Origin: an uncultured Methanosarcinales archaeon
GTDB lineage: Archaea > Nanobdellota > Nanobdellia > Woesearchaeales > GW2011-AR4
Assembly: GCA_964564925.1 (NCBI GenBank)
Contig: CAZMBY010000004.1
Coordinates: 12,892-61,842 of the forward strand
Reading direction: 5' to 3'
DNA length: 48,951 nucleotides
Shown here: piece after piece, positions 17,759 to 26,660 of the stretch
Layout: every line of letters begins with the position of its first letter
Position numbering within the stretch: the first letter of the stretch is position 1
Position numbers and translations under genes: made by a program
The notes under the pieces: model-generated
Seen by the model: only the letters and a program-made list of their open reading frames with translations
Told to the model about the DNA's origin: nothing
Databases searched by the model: none

Positions 17759-18610
17759 ATGATAAACACTCAATTTTTGGACCAATTGACAAGATTTAAT
17801 CTTGTGATAAACAAGAGGGTTACTTCCAATCTTTCAGGCCCTAGAAAATCTGTTTCCGGCGGCCATGGGCTGACTTTCAAGGATTACAGGATTTATGCCC
17901 CTGGAGATGACATAAGGCTGATAGACTGGAGAGTATTCGCAAGGACTGACAACTTGTACATAAAAGTCCATGAAGAGGAAAGAAATTTAACAGTCCACAT
18001 CATAATTGACAGGAGCGCGTCGATGGAGTTTGGCAAGCCAATCAGCAAATTTGATTATGCGTCCATGATAGGTGTGGGATTTGCTTACCTCGCTTTGAGG
18101 GACAATGAAAGGTTCCAATTCTCCACTTTTGCAGACACTTTGGACATCTTCCAGCCGAAACGAGGGATGAGCCACCTTGCAGCTATGGTGCAGCATCTGA
18201 ACTCTATAAAGCCAAAGGGCAACTCCAAGATTGTTGACACAATAAGGCAGTACAAGAAAGTTATTGGAAGCAGGTCCATGCTTGTGCTAGTTTCAGACTT
18301 TCTTGTGAACATTGAGGAGATAAGAGAGGCCTTTTACATGCTTGGCGATCATGACATAAAGATAATACAAGTGCTTGACAGGGTCGAGAAAGAGCTCAAG
18401 ATGGAAGGAGACATGAAGCTTATTGACAGTGAGACAAAAGGAATGTTGAGAACATTCATAAGCCCAAGGCTAAGGATGCAGTACCAGCAGCAGCTCGATG
18501 AGCATTGCTCAAGAATAGAAGAAGTGTGCAACAAGCTGAATGTGCATTATCATCTTGCTATAACAGACACTCCTGTCTTTGACACTTTCTACAAAATATT
18601 GGCCAGATGA
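17759..18610 (+). CDS. DUF58 domain protein (vWA-like MoxR partner)
   Basis: FKDYRIYAPGDDIRLIDWRVFART, IIIDRSASMEFG and VSDFL. Confidence 0.92.
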   Translation: MINTQFLDQLTRFNLVINKRVTSNLSGPRKSVSGGHGLTFKDYRIYAPGDDIRLIDWRVFARTDNLYIKVHEEERNLTVHIIIDRSASMEFGKPISKFDYASMIGVGFAYLALRDNERFQFSTFADTLDIFQPKRGMSHLAAMVQHLNSIKPKGNSKIVDTIRQYKKVIGSRSMLVLVSDFLVNIEEIREAFYMLGDHDIKIIQVLDRVEKELKMEGDMKLIDSETKGMLRTFISPRLRMQYQQQLDEHCSRIEEVCNKLNVHYHLAITDTPVFDTFYKILAR

Positions 18611-18623
18611 ATTAAGGATGTGA

Positions 18624-19877
18624 TCATCCGCCAATCTTGAAGGAATATCCGTATTTTGGGTTGTTTTCCATTATGTGCTCCAATTGCTTGATTCTTTTCC
18701 TGATTTCTTCCTTATTTTTGTGCCCAAGCTCTACCGCTCTCTCATAATTCTTGATCGCATTCGCAAAATCCCTTTTTTTGTCAAATACAATCCCAAGATT
18801 GTAATAGCCAACAGTATTATTGGGATTAAGCTTTATACCCAACATGAGCATATTGATGGCTGAATCATAATTGCCAAGCTTCTCCATGACAGCACCTATA
18901 TTATTATATATTGTGTATTTGTTTGGATTTAATAGCATAGCCTTCACAAGATTTCTATAAGCTTCCTTCAGCATGCCTTTCTTGAAGCAGCAAACTCCCA
19001 AATTCTGGAATGCTTCGCTGCTTCCATTGATTTTTAAGGACTCCTTGTAGTTCTTTATTGCTTCATCATAATCTTTTTGTGCCTCATAAAGGACGCCCAG
19101 CTCGTAAAGCGCCATGCCGTGTTTTGGGTTTAGTTCAACTGCCTTCTTGAGTGAGTTTATTGCTTCTTCAGAATTCCAGTTTTCTTTGAATAAAACCCCT
19201 AATTCAAAATAAGATTGTGAATCAGGATGGCGCTTAACTTTCTTCTTGCAAAGCTCAAGGTAGATGCTTCTTTTTTTCTTTGCTAATTGCGGGTCTGCAT
19301 TCCCGTAATGGCGTATACTGACATTTGCTGTTTTAATCTTTCCTTCTTTCGCTTCTATCGACGGCTCAACAAGCTCATGGACTGTTCCGCTGAATTCATA
19401 GCCTTTCCTGTTCCTGAAAAGCCTGACTATCAAAGAGCCGTACCAGCCAGCGTACTTTTCATCTTTTCCAATGTTGCCATTGACAAACCCTGCAATGGAG
19501 CTTTCATTAGTGTAATTTTTCTGAAGAAATAAAAATGCATCAGCTTCTTTATCGCCAATCATCTCCTTAATTGCCTTTACACTATCTTGCTCTAAGGTTT
19601 CGTCTGCATCGAGCACAAGTACCCAGTCTTTTGTCGCGTGCTTTATGCTTTCGTTCCTGGCCGCAGAAAAATCATCAACCCACTTGAAATCGAATATTTT
19701 TGCACCAACCCTTTTTGCTATATCTTTTGTCTTGTCTGTGCTGCCCGTGTCTACTACAATCAGTTCGTCAACAATTGCTTTTGCGCTGCTTAGGCATTGC
19801 TCTATATTTGCTTCTTCATCCCTGACTATCATGCATAGAGAGACTGTTTTACCTGTTTTTTCCATTTTTTGCTTCAA
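18624..19877 (-). CDS. GT2-family glycosyltransferase with C-terminal TPR repeats
   Basis: SLCMIVRDEE, VVDTGSTD, DDFSAARN, LVLDADE and RLFRN...VHE, followed by TPR helices. The start may be 19865. Confidence 0.92.
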   Translation of the reverse strand: MKQKMEKTGKTVSLCMIVRDEEANIEQCLSSAKAIVDELIVVDTGSTDKTKDIAKRVGAKIFDFKWVDDFSAARNESIKHATKDWVLVLDADETLEQDSVKAIKEMIGDKEADAFLFLQKNYTNESSIAGFVNGNIGKDEKYAGWYGSLIVRLFRNRKGYEFSGTVHELVEPSIEAKEGKIKTANVSIRHYGNADPQLAKKKRSIYLELCKKKVKRHPDSQSYFELGVLFKENWNSEEAINSLKKAVELNPKHGMALYELGVLYEAQKDYDEAIKNYKESLKINGSSEAFQNLGVCCFKKGMLKEAYRNLVKAMLLNPNKYTIYNNIGAVMEKLGNYDSAINMLMLGIKLNPNNTVGYYNLGIVFDKKRDFANAIKNYERAVELGHKNKEEIRKRIKQLEHIMENNPKYGYSFKIGG

Positions 19878-19915
19878 ACAATCTATGATTAAAATATTTT
19901 TCTAATATCCTGCTG

Positions 19916-20992
19916 TCAACCAAAATGGTATTCATCTTTAAGCTTATCGAGCTCTAGTCTTGTGTTGATTGTGTAAGTGTATATGCTATTAACTACGGCT
20001 CCTATGACCGCTTCTGCATTTTTTTTGTCAATCCCTTCTGTCATGACGCAATAAAACAATCTTCTTTCGTCTATGTACATGATGCCGCAGCTATGCAGGT
20101 AATTGTCTGCTTTAGTGTATTTCAATGCAAATTTTTGGGCCACAGTCACATTACCTGGAAGCTCTGCAATTTTATTGATATCAAAAACAGTATCTGTCAG
20201 AAGAGACAGTATATACTCAGAATCCTCAGGCTCAAGAACTGTGGAAAAATAAAGGCTTGAAAACACGTTATACATTGACTTAGGAGTCACAAGCCCTAAC
20301 TCCCTGTCTTCTCCGGGAAAAGTATTGTCTGTGCTGTCTCTGCTATAATAATCAAGGTAGCTGAGCAAGAATGACTTGTCATTTGGATCGACATAATTTG
20401 CCAGAATCTTGAATGCAGTGTCATCGCTTTCTCTCAGCATCTTCTCCATCAGGACGTTTAAAGGCAATTCTTTTGACTGTGTTTTGTATAGGCTGCCATA
20501 TGCGCTTGACCTTAAGGAATCATTTATCGGGATAGGTGTGTCGAGGCTTAATTCCCCGCGCTCCGCCCTCTTCATTATGAGAATTGCTGTGTGGACCTTG
20601 TCCAGGCTTGCAGGAGGATACCCTTTTCTGTAATCCACTCCAATAAGTGCCCCATCTCTCAGATTCTGCATGTAAACAGACATGTTTAGGTTATTCTTTT
20701 TTATAAATGACTCAATGCTAAGCTTTAATGGCGCGTAATTAACAATCATGAAGCTTTTTGGCTCAAGAATACCCGCATACACTCGAGGAGATAAAAGATT
20801 GGTTTTATTATTGATAATGCTCTTGGATTCCTGTCCCCCATTTGTACTTGTAGAGTAATGCAAAAGCGCAGCTAATATAGAGAGCAAGGCTATAATTATC
20901 AAAGATTCAATAATGGCAAGCGATTTCCATTTAATATTCATGATGTTTAGGATAACGAATAAATTATTATAAGTTTTGCCTTTTTGAGGCAA
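19916..20992 (-). CDS. Membrane-anchored serine hydrolase of the class A beta-lactamase/PBP fold
   Basis: SxxK motif (PASLDK), SDD in place of SDN, QKFA in place of KTG, and an N-terminal TM helix. The likely start is ATG 20941. Confidence 0.8.
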   Translation of the reverse strand: MPQKGKTYNNLFVILNIMNIKWKSLAIIESLIIIALLSILAALLHYSTSTNGGQESKSIINNKTNLLSPRVYAGILEPKSFMIVNYAPLKLSIESFIKKNNLNMSVYMQNLRDGALIGVDYRKGYPPASLDKVHTAILIMKRAERGELSLDTPIPINDSLRSSAYGSLYKTQSKELPLNVLMEKMLRESDDTAFKILANYVDPNDKSFLLSYLDYYSRDSTDNTFPGEDRELGLVTPKSMYNVFSSLYFSTVLEPEDSEYILSLLTDTVFDINKIAELPGNVTVAQKFALKYTKADNYLHSCGIMYIDERRLFYCVMTEGIDKKNAEAVIGAVVNSIYTYTINTRLELDKLKDEYHFG

Positions 20993-21110
20993 TTTCTAAT
21001 TAATATATTGGAGGAAAAATATTTAAGGATTCTGTATTTCAATTTATTTTCATATACAAAAATGGCGATATATATACTAAAACATATATTTTTTAGTATG
21101 CGGTAATACC

Positions 21111-21124
21111 AAAAGCTTTAAATA
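21111..21124 (+). promoter_or_regulatory. BRE/TATA promoter of the S-layer gene
   Basis: AAAAGC-TTTAAATA, with a GGAGGTG RBS at 21236-21242. Confidence 0.6.
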
Positions 21125-21250
21125 TGGATAATAATAGATTAGTTGACAAGAACGCTTCATAAGATGCGTATCTACAAAGTATAATATTCATCAGTAATAT
21201 TATACCGTAAGCATAATAAAAAAAATAAAACACTTGGAGGTGTTTAGAAG

Positions 21251-23848
21251 ATGAGATTTCAAAAAGCTATAAAGAGGATGATTGCATTAGGTACAGGAGC
21301 TGTTATGGTTGGCTCTTCAGTGTTTGCAGCAGCAGATTTGGCTAATTTTCCATCACCGTTTGTAAAGGACGGCAAATTCAGCGGAGTTCTAATTGTAGGC
21401 GACAAAGCAGCTGCAGAAGACGTCATCGGGATATCCGATGTCATTTCAAGTTTGCAATTCGCAGCAACAAAGAAAGTTACAACAACAAGTGGAGGAGAAG
21501 TAGCAGTTGAAGGTGATGCTTGGCTAGCCCAGACATCAAACCACTTTGAATTAAGTGAAGATTTGACAGGCTCGTCATCTGGCGGTAATAGGGAAACATT
21601 GAGAAACATCACCTCGTTCATAGACAAAAGCGACCTAAAGGCATTAGCATCAGGAAGTGTAACAAACAACAAAGGAGTTGCTCCTTATAACCAATATCTA
21701 AACTTGTTAGGACCTGGCGCAGCAACTGTGATTGACACAGGCTATGTTGTATACTCAGAAGACGATGAGGACAACCAAGCAGACTATCTATACTTTAAAT
21801 CCGGAAGAGAAATCGGAAGGTATTTGCTTGAATTCACAACAGCATTAGAAAGTGATGTCGATGATTCAGCTGGTTCATCATCTTCAACTGGTTTGTTCTT
21901 GACAGACTTCCAAGATGTTGACTTATTACTATTTGGTAAAAAGTATACCATTGTGACAGCAAAAAGAACAAGTACAAATGGTAAAAACGCAGTTTTAACT
22001 TTGATGGGCGGAGCTGGAAAAGACACATTAGTTGAAAAACAAACAAAGACCTACACAATTGGCGGAAAGGACTATGAAGTGACATTAAACTTCGTTGACG
22101 CTGACGAAGCGCAATTCGTTATCAACGGCCAAACTAGCAGAAAATTAAAAGATGGAGATACAGACAAGCTAGCAGATGGCACAACAATTGGTGTAACTGA
22201 TGTTTTGTACCAAGATTATGCTGGAGGTATCCACAGCGCAACATTCTTTATAGGCGCCAACAAGCTAGAGCTAAAGGATACAGACATAACCGATGTACTT
22301 CACTCCAACAGCCTAAAGGTTGATGATGAGACAATAGATGATGCAACAGTCATCATCGAAGGTACTGATGACAACAGCACTTTCAAGATAAACAAGATAC
22401 ACATCAACATGACTGCTGATGATAACTTCTTTGTTCCAGCAAATAAAAAGTTGAGTGACGCTATCAAAACAGAAGGAGGATCAAGCGCAGAGCCTCAAGT
22501 ATTGTTCACAGAAAACTGGGACATTGAATACAAAGGATTGAAGAAAGTCAACACAGAGAAGATTGCATTGAGGACAAGCGGCTCAAGCCAATACAACTTG
22601 GAATTTATTGATGGAAATGGAAATAAAGTAAGTGTGCCAATTGCCAAGAGCCCAAGCGGTACAGGCTTATTGCATGGTGACACGGACAAGCCATTCCACA
22701 ATAGGGAAAACGCAACAATTTCAAAGGATGCCTACTTTGTTGTGACTGATGGTAGCAGGAAGAGAGGAGAAAGAAAAACATTTATCCTGCAGTACAAAGG
22801 TGCTGACAAAGTAACAGCAGACAACCCCATCTTGAAATTCAAAGATGTAGGAAGCGGCGACACAATTGAGCAAACCTATACTGCATCCACTAGTGGTGGA
22901 TCAGTACAGCTAGCGACATTGAAGATTGGTGGAGCTGACTACAAAGTTTTCAACAACTCTGGGATAACAGCTAATGACTTTAACATCCTAGTTGATATGG
23001 ATGCAGATGGTACGTTGGAAGCAACCTCACCAAATTTGACAACCAACATTACAACAAAGTTTGGTGCAGAAATTGGAATTACAAACCTAACTAGCGATGG
23101 AGAAGGTGTATCCAATGTTATAGTGAGTGTTAAAGCACCAGACGAAAGCAGGGATGGAAGCGCAAGAGACTCATGGGAAAATGTCAGGTCATCTGACTAT
23201 GTAACCAACATAACAGCAGCATCTGGGAAGGTCCAACATGGTGAACTTAATGCATGGACAGGTGGACAGCCAGCAGGTGGTGGAAGGATAAACATGAGAA
23301 CACCATCAGGTGTGACAAACATTGCCTATGGCTACAATGCGTTCGGTGCATTCATAACAAGAGAGACACCAACAAATGATCCAGCAACTTGGTCCATTGA
23401 GTGGCCTGAATCACAAAGATACCCATTGGTGTACATAGCAGCCAAGGGAGCATCTTTTACAGAGACAGGAGCTACAACAACAGACGCAGTTATGGTTCAA
23501 AGAATTGAAGTAGGAGCTGCAAAGCTAGCATCAGAAGTTTCTGATGTCAAGGCTCAAAACACAATCCTCGTAGGAGGGCCATGTGCTAACGCAGCTGCTG
23601 CAACAGTGATGGGCAACCCAACTGACTGTACATCAGGATTTGAGCCAGGTGTTGGCAAGATAGAGTTGTGGGAGCATACCAACGGGAATGTTGCAATGTT
23701 GGTAGCTGGTTACTCAGCATTAGACACAAGGAATGCAGCGCAAGTTGTTGCTAACTACAATGACTACAAAGGCCAATTAAAGGGCATGAAAGTCCAGGTA
23801 AAGAAAGTCAACAACCAATTAACAGTTGCTGCACCAGCAACAGTATAA
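21251..23848 (+). CDS. S-layer protein (DPANN/methanogen-type N- and C-terminal S-layer domains)
   Basis: Signal peptide, AADLANFPSPFVKDG...IVGDKAAAEDV N-domain, NTILVGGPCANAAAA...LVAGYSALDTRNAAQV C-domain, many N-x-S/T sequons, and a strong RBS. Confidence 0.88.
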   Translation: MRFQKAIKRMIALGTGAVMVGSSVFAAADLANFPSPFVKDGKFSGVLIVGDKAAAEDVIGISDVISSLQFAATKKVTTTSGGEVAVEGDAWLAQTSNHFELSEDLTGSSSGGNRETLRNITSFIDKSDLKALASGSVTNNKGVAPYNQYLNLLGPGAATVIDTGYVVYSEDDEDNQADYLYFKSGREIGRYLLEFTTALESDVDDSAGSSSSTGLFLTDFQDVDLLLFGKKYTIVTAKRTSTNGKNAVLTLMGGAGKDTLVEKQTKTYTIGGKDYEVTLNFVDADEAQFVINGQTSRKLKDGDTDKLADGTTIGVTDVLYQDYAGGIHSATFFIGANKLELKDTDITDVLHSNSLKVDDETIDDATVIIEGTDDNSTFKINKIHINMTADDNFFVPANKKLSDAIKTEGGSSAEPQVLFTENWDIEYKGLKKVNTEKIALRTSGSSQYNLEFIDGNGNKVSVPIAKSPSGTGLLHGDTDKPFHNRENATISKDAYFVVTDGSRKRGERKTFILQYKGADKVTADNPILKFKDVGSGDTIEQTYTASTSGGSVQLATLKIGGADYKVFNNSGITANDFNILVDMDADGTLEATSPNLTTNITTKFGAEIGITNLTSDGEGVSNVIVSVKAPDESRDGSARDSWENVRSSDYVTNITAASGKVQHGELNAWTGGQPAGGGRINMRTPSGVTNIAYGYNAFGAFITRETPTNDPATWSIEWPESQRYPLVYIAAKGASFTETGATTTDAVMVQRIEVGAAKLASEVSDVKAQNTILVGGPCANAAAATVMGNPTDCTSGFEPGVGKIELWEHTNGNVAMLVAGYSALDTRNAAQVVANYNDYKGQLKGMKVQVKKVNNQLTVAAPATV

Positions 23849-23885
23849 GGGAACAAATCCCTTAATTTTTCTTTCTTTTTTTATT
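23847..23885 (+). terminator. Hairpin plus oligo-T terminator after the S-layer gene
   Basis: AAGGGA-ACAAA-TCCCTT followed by TTTTTCTTTCTTTTTTT. Confidence 0.65.
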
Positions 23886-23946
23886 ATTATTTTTGTAATA
23901 GGTATATTTAGGAAGGTTAATATAGGAGCCTAAACTCAGTAGCGAT

Positions 23947-24147
23947 ATGAGACTAACAATAGTTCTAGAGCCACAAGAAGAAGGCGGATTTACAGCTTAC
24001 GTACCCTCTTTGCATGGCTGCATCTCGCAAGGGGATACGAAAGAAGAGGCCATTAAAAATATTAAAGAAGCGATTGAATTATATCTGGAACCAGACACGA
24101 ACGAACTTATTGAGTTTAGAGGAGAAAAAGTTATTGTTATAGTATGA
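23947..24147 (+). CDS. hicB: HicB-family antitoxin (short form without a DNA-binding domain)
   Basis: GGFTAYVPSLHGCISQGDTKEEAIKNIKEAIELYL. Confidence 0.9.
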   Translation: MRLTIVLEPQEEGGFTAYVPSLHGCISQGDTKEEAIKNIKEAIELYLEPDTNELIEFRGEKVIVIV

Positions 24148-24522
24148 AAATTCCTCTTATTTCTGGAATTGAGGCTATTAAGAGGCTAAAGAGAGCAGGA
24201 TTTATTGCTACAAGACAGAAAGGATCCCATGTAAGACTGGAAAAATATACAGGTGAGAAAACAATTAAGATTACAGTTCCTATTCATGCTGAGTTAAAGA
24301 AAGGAACTGTCAAAAACCACCCATCACAGATGGATGGCATGAAGCGAAGCTTTATTTAGGAGCACATTGATGGTGGTTTTTGAGCACGCTCGGAATTCCA
24401 CGATAAGATTTGTGGTTGAGTCTACGAAACCACCTATCATAGATAAGGTGGAATTCCGACGTTTAAACAGAATAATCAAAGATGCAGGATTAACATTGGA
24501 AGAATTTGGTGGGTTGAAATGA
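24144..24522 (+). pseudogene. hicA: HicA-family toxin gene interrupted by a 154-bp insertion
   Basis: 24144-24308 encodes MKIPLISG...RQKGSHVRL...ELKKGT. Removing 24309-24462 joins it in frame to LNRIIKDAGLTLEEFGGLK* (24463-24522), giving a normal 74-aa HicA. Confidence 0.88.
24309..24462 (-). mobile_element. Non-autonomous palindromic element, copy 1 (PATE/IS200-IS605-like)
   Basis: Two 12-bp inverted-repeat modules (TCAAAAACCACC/GGTGGTTTTTGA and TCGGAATTCCAC/GTGGAATTCCGA). No TSD. Lies 3' of TTTAA on the minus strand and is homologous to 25821-25962. Confidence 0.8.
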
Positions 24523-24535
24523 ATTTTCGCACGGC

Positions 24536-25759
24536 TTAAATTAGTAATTCGCCTAGGAAAATATTATGTTTTGTCCTCTTTATCCTTAATTTAACCTTTT
24601 GACCTACTCCTTTATGGCAATTTGGAACAGAAATCAGCCTTTCTTTTGATACAGCAAGCATTTCGTTGCCAATCCTTCCAGGCAATACAATTTCCGCCTC
24701 TACGATTTGGCCTTTTTTGAATGGCTTAGGGAGTTCAGGCAACTCTTCAACATTAAAGGCTGATTTATCAAAGATCAGCTTAACATTATGCTTGTCCTCC
24801 AATTCCTTCATTTTTGTGTAAAATGCTTCCATAGGCACAGTATCTACAGGGTTTCTGCCAAATCTGTAGTTAAGCATGTTTTGTATGCCTATAGGGGGGC
24901 AATTCTTGCCAGCTCCTACCTCTTCAGCAAACTTTGCAAGCTTTGGCATTTCATCGTCATTAAATCCAGGCACCCATACAGGCGCAATAATCAAATCCAT
25001 TTTTGTCGGTATATATCTTGCGATGTCCAGCACTTTGTTCAGATTGTACGGATGGCCCGCCAATTTCTGCGCTTTCTCTGGATCGAGAGCATTCAGAGAA
25101 AGGTTGATTCTTGTCAAGCCAGCCTCTGCAAGCTCATCAACGAGCTGCTTGCTCAACAAAGTCCCATTAGTGTCTATAGAGCTTCTTTTCACTCCTTTAA
25201 TTGACATTATACCCCTAACCAATTCAGTCATATCAGCATACAATGTCGGCTCGCCCTGGGCATTGATATGGGCATCAATATCATTGCTTGCTTTGAATTC
25301 TACTATCTTCCTGAGCTCATTGACTAGGTAATCTTTCTCCACAACAAAATCAGTTTTCCTCCTTGAATGTGGCCCTTCATCTACAGAGCAGAAGATGCAG
25401 CTGATGTTGCAGCTGGTTATTGGCTTGACTTCGATGATATTTGTGCCCCTGTCTATCAAGCCGAAATAGTTGGTCCCAATTAGCGGAATTCCAGAAGACT
25501 GGTGGATGTAAATTGTTGTCTTATTGTTCAGCCTGTTCTTCAAGTTTTTAAATGAGTTAAACAGCAGGAATTCAAATTTTCTCCTAGCGCTTTGCTCTGG
25601 TAAATCCTTAAATATTATTGAATTTTTGCGTATTTCGAAAGGGGCAATCTTCCTAAGTTTTTCCTGCTCCAGGTGGAAATAAAACAGCCTAAGGAAGCTC
25701 ACCTTTACCTTGTCATCATGCTCCTCAAAGCTCAGATCCTTAAACAAAAGCTCAGCCAT
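24536..25759 (-). CDS. Archaeal radical SAM protein with C-terminal TRAM-like domain
   Basis: CxxxCxxC motif (CNISCIFC), QGEPTLY, IDTNGTLL and RINLSLNALD; short beta-rich C-terminus. Confidence 0.9.
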   Translation of the reverse strand: MAELLFKDLSFEEHDDKVKVSFLRLFYFHLEQEKLRKIAPFEIRKNSIIFKDLPEQSARRKFEFLLFNSFKNLKNRLNNKTTIYIHQSSGIPLIGTNYFGLIDRGTNIIEVKPITSCNISCIFCSVDEGPHSRRKTDFVVEKDYLVNELRKIVEFKASNDIDAHINAQGEPTLYADMTELVRGIMSIKGVKRSSIDTNGTLLSKQLVDELAEAGLTRINLSLNALDPEKAQKLAGHPYNLNKVLDIARYIPTKMDLIIAPVWVPGFNDDEMPKLAKFAEEVGAGKNCPPIGIQNMLNYRFGRNPVDTVPMEAFYTKMKELEDKHNVKLIFDKSAFNVEELPELPKPFKKGQIVEAEIVLPGRIGNEMLAVSKERLISVPNCHKGVGQKVKLRIKRTKHNIFLGELLI

Positions 25760-25820
25760 AACCCAGAGTATGGATATGCTTATAAAAATATATCGCAGCT
25801 TATAATGAAAAATTATTTAA

Positions 25821-25962
25821 ACATCGGAATTCCACCATCTCTACGAGTGGTGGTCTCATAAACTCGACCACAAATCTTATTGTGGAATTCCGAGTGTGCT
25901 CAAAAACCACGCAATGTAATAGTATATTAATGCCACCGTGTCTATGACCGGTGGTTTTTGAC
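25821..25962 (+). mobile_element. Non-autonomous palindromic element, copy 2 (142 bp)
   Basis: TTTAA|ACATCGGAATTCCAC...GTGGAATTCCGA GTGTGC TCAAAAACCAC...GTGGTTTTTGAC|AG, the same architecture as 24309-24462 in the opposite orientation. Confidence 0.8.
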
Positions 25963-25998
25963 AGAATAAGCCATATTTTTAATATTACAGGTGGGGGA

Positions 25999-26646
25999 AT
26001 GGCACAAGAAGTTGTAATCACTTATGAAACTCTGTTTGAGCTGCTTCAAAGGGAGAAGGAAAGGGTAGACCTGCAAAGGCTGGAGCCTACTTTTTTCACT
26101 GACACAATCAGCTACATAAAAGAGAAGAAAAAGATTCTGGAAGCCAAGAACGAATCGGTTTTTGCCAGCGAAGAAAAGAAAAAGACAGAAAGGCAGCTTG
26201 AGAACATATACAAGATCCTGAAGGAGCTGTATGAGAGAAGGGAAAAGAAGATAATTAGCGTGGCCCTGGACAAGAGCAGGACAAAGTCAAACCTCATAGA
26301 CACAACAGCCTTGTTAAATGAAGAAAAGGTATTTTTTGATGCTGTAACCCATCTTTTGGATGTTTACAGGGAATCCATCCTATACAGCGTGCTGAATGAA
26401 AAGATGCCTTTTATGCAGGAAATTTCAAAAGTAATGCCAAAGCCTAATGAAGACTTTAAAACCGCTTTGGAGCTGAAGAAGGCTGCAAGGCTGGTCAGGT
26501 TTATCTCTCAAGTCCCTAAATTTGTGGGGCCGGAGCTTGAGGAATACGGCCCGTTTGGAGAAGAGGACATAGCGAATTTGCCTGCAGAAATTGCAGAGAT
26601 ACTCATAAGCAAAGGCAAGGTTGAAGAGATCAAGGAAGAGCGATAA
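25999..26646 (+). CDS. gins51: DNA replication complex GINS subunit (Gins51-type, A-domain plus C-terminal B-domain)
   Basis: ITYETLFELLQREK...LQRLEPTFF, YERREKKII and VRFISQVPKFVGPELEEYGPF...IANLPAEIAEILISKGKVEEI. ATG 25999 follows a GGTG/GGGG RBS. Confidence 0.82.
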   Translation: MAQEVVITYETLFELLQREKERVDLQRLEPTFFTDTISYIKEKKKILEAKNESVFASEEKKKTERQLENIYKILKELYERREKKIISVALDKSRTKSNLIDTTALLNEEKVFFDAVTHLLDVYRESILYSVLNEKMPFMQEISKVMPKPNEDFKTALELKKAARLVRFISQVPKFVGPELEEYGPFGEEDIANLPAEIAEILISKGKVEEIKEER

Positions 26647-26660
26647 TTTCCTGTCACCTC

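Noticed and set aside
24307-24310. IS110/bridge-RNA element, suggested by the CT next to one end
   Set aside because: Only one nucleotide is repeated at the two junctions, not a CT core at both. I could not match the variable loops to the flanking target sequences.
24144-24359. 71-aa ORF as a complete HicA
   Set aside because: The last 16 residues come from the inserted element, and the true C-terminus lies at 24463-24522.
24303-24468. hicA insertion as an archaeal BHB protein-gene intron
   Set aside because: At the junction that restores the reading frame, the required 4-bp central helix (GGAA with CGAC) does not pair. The homologous copy is intergenic and in the opposite orientation.
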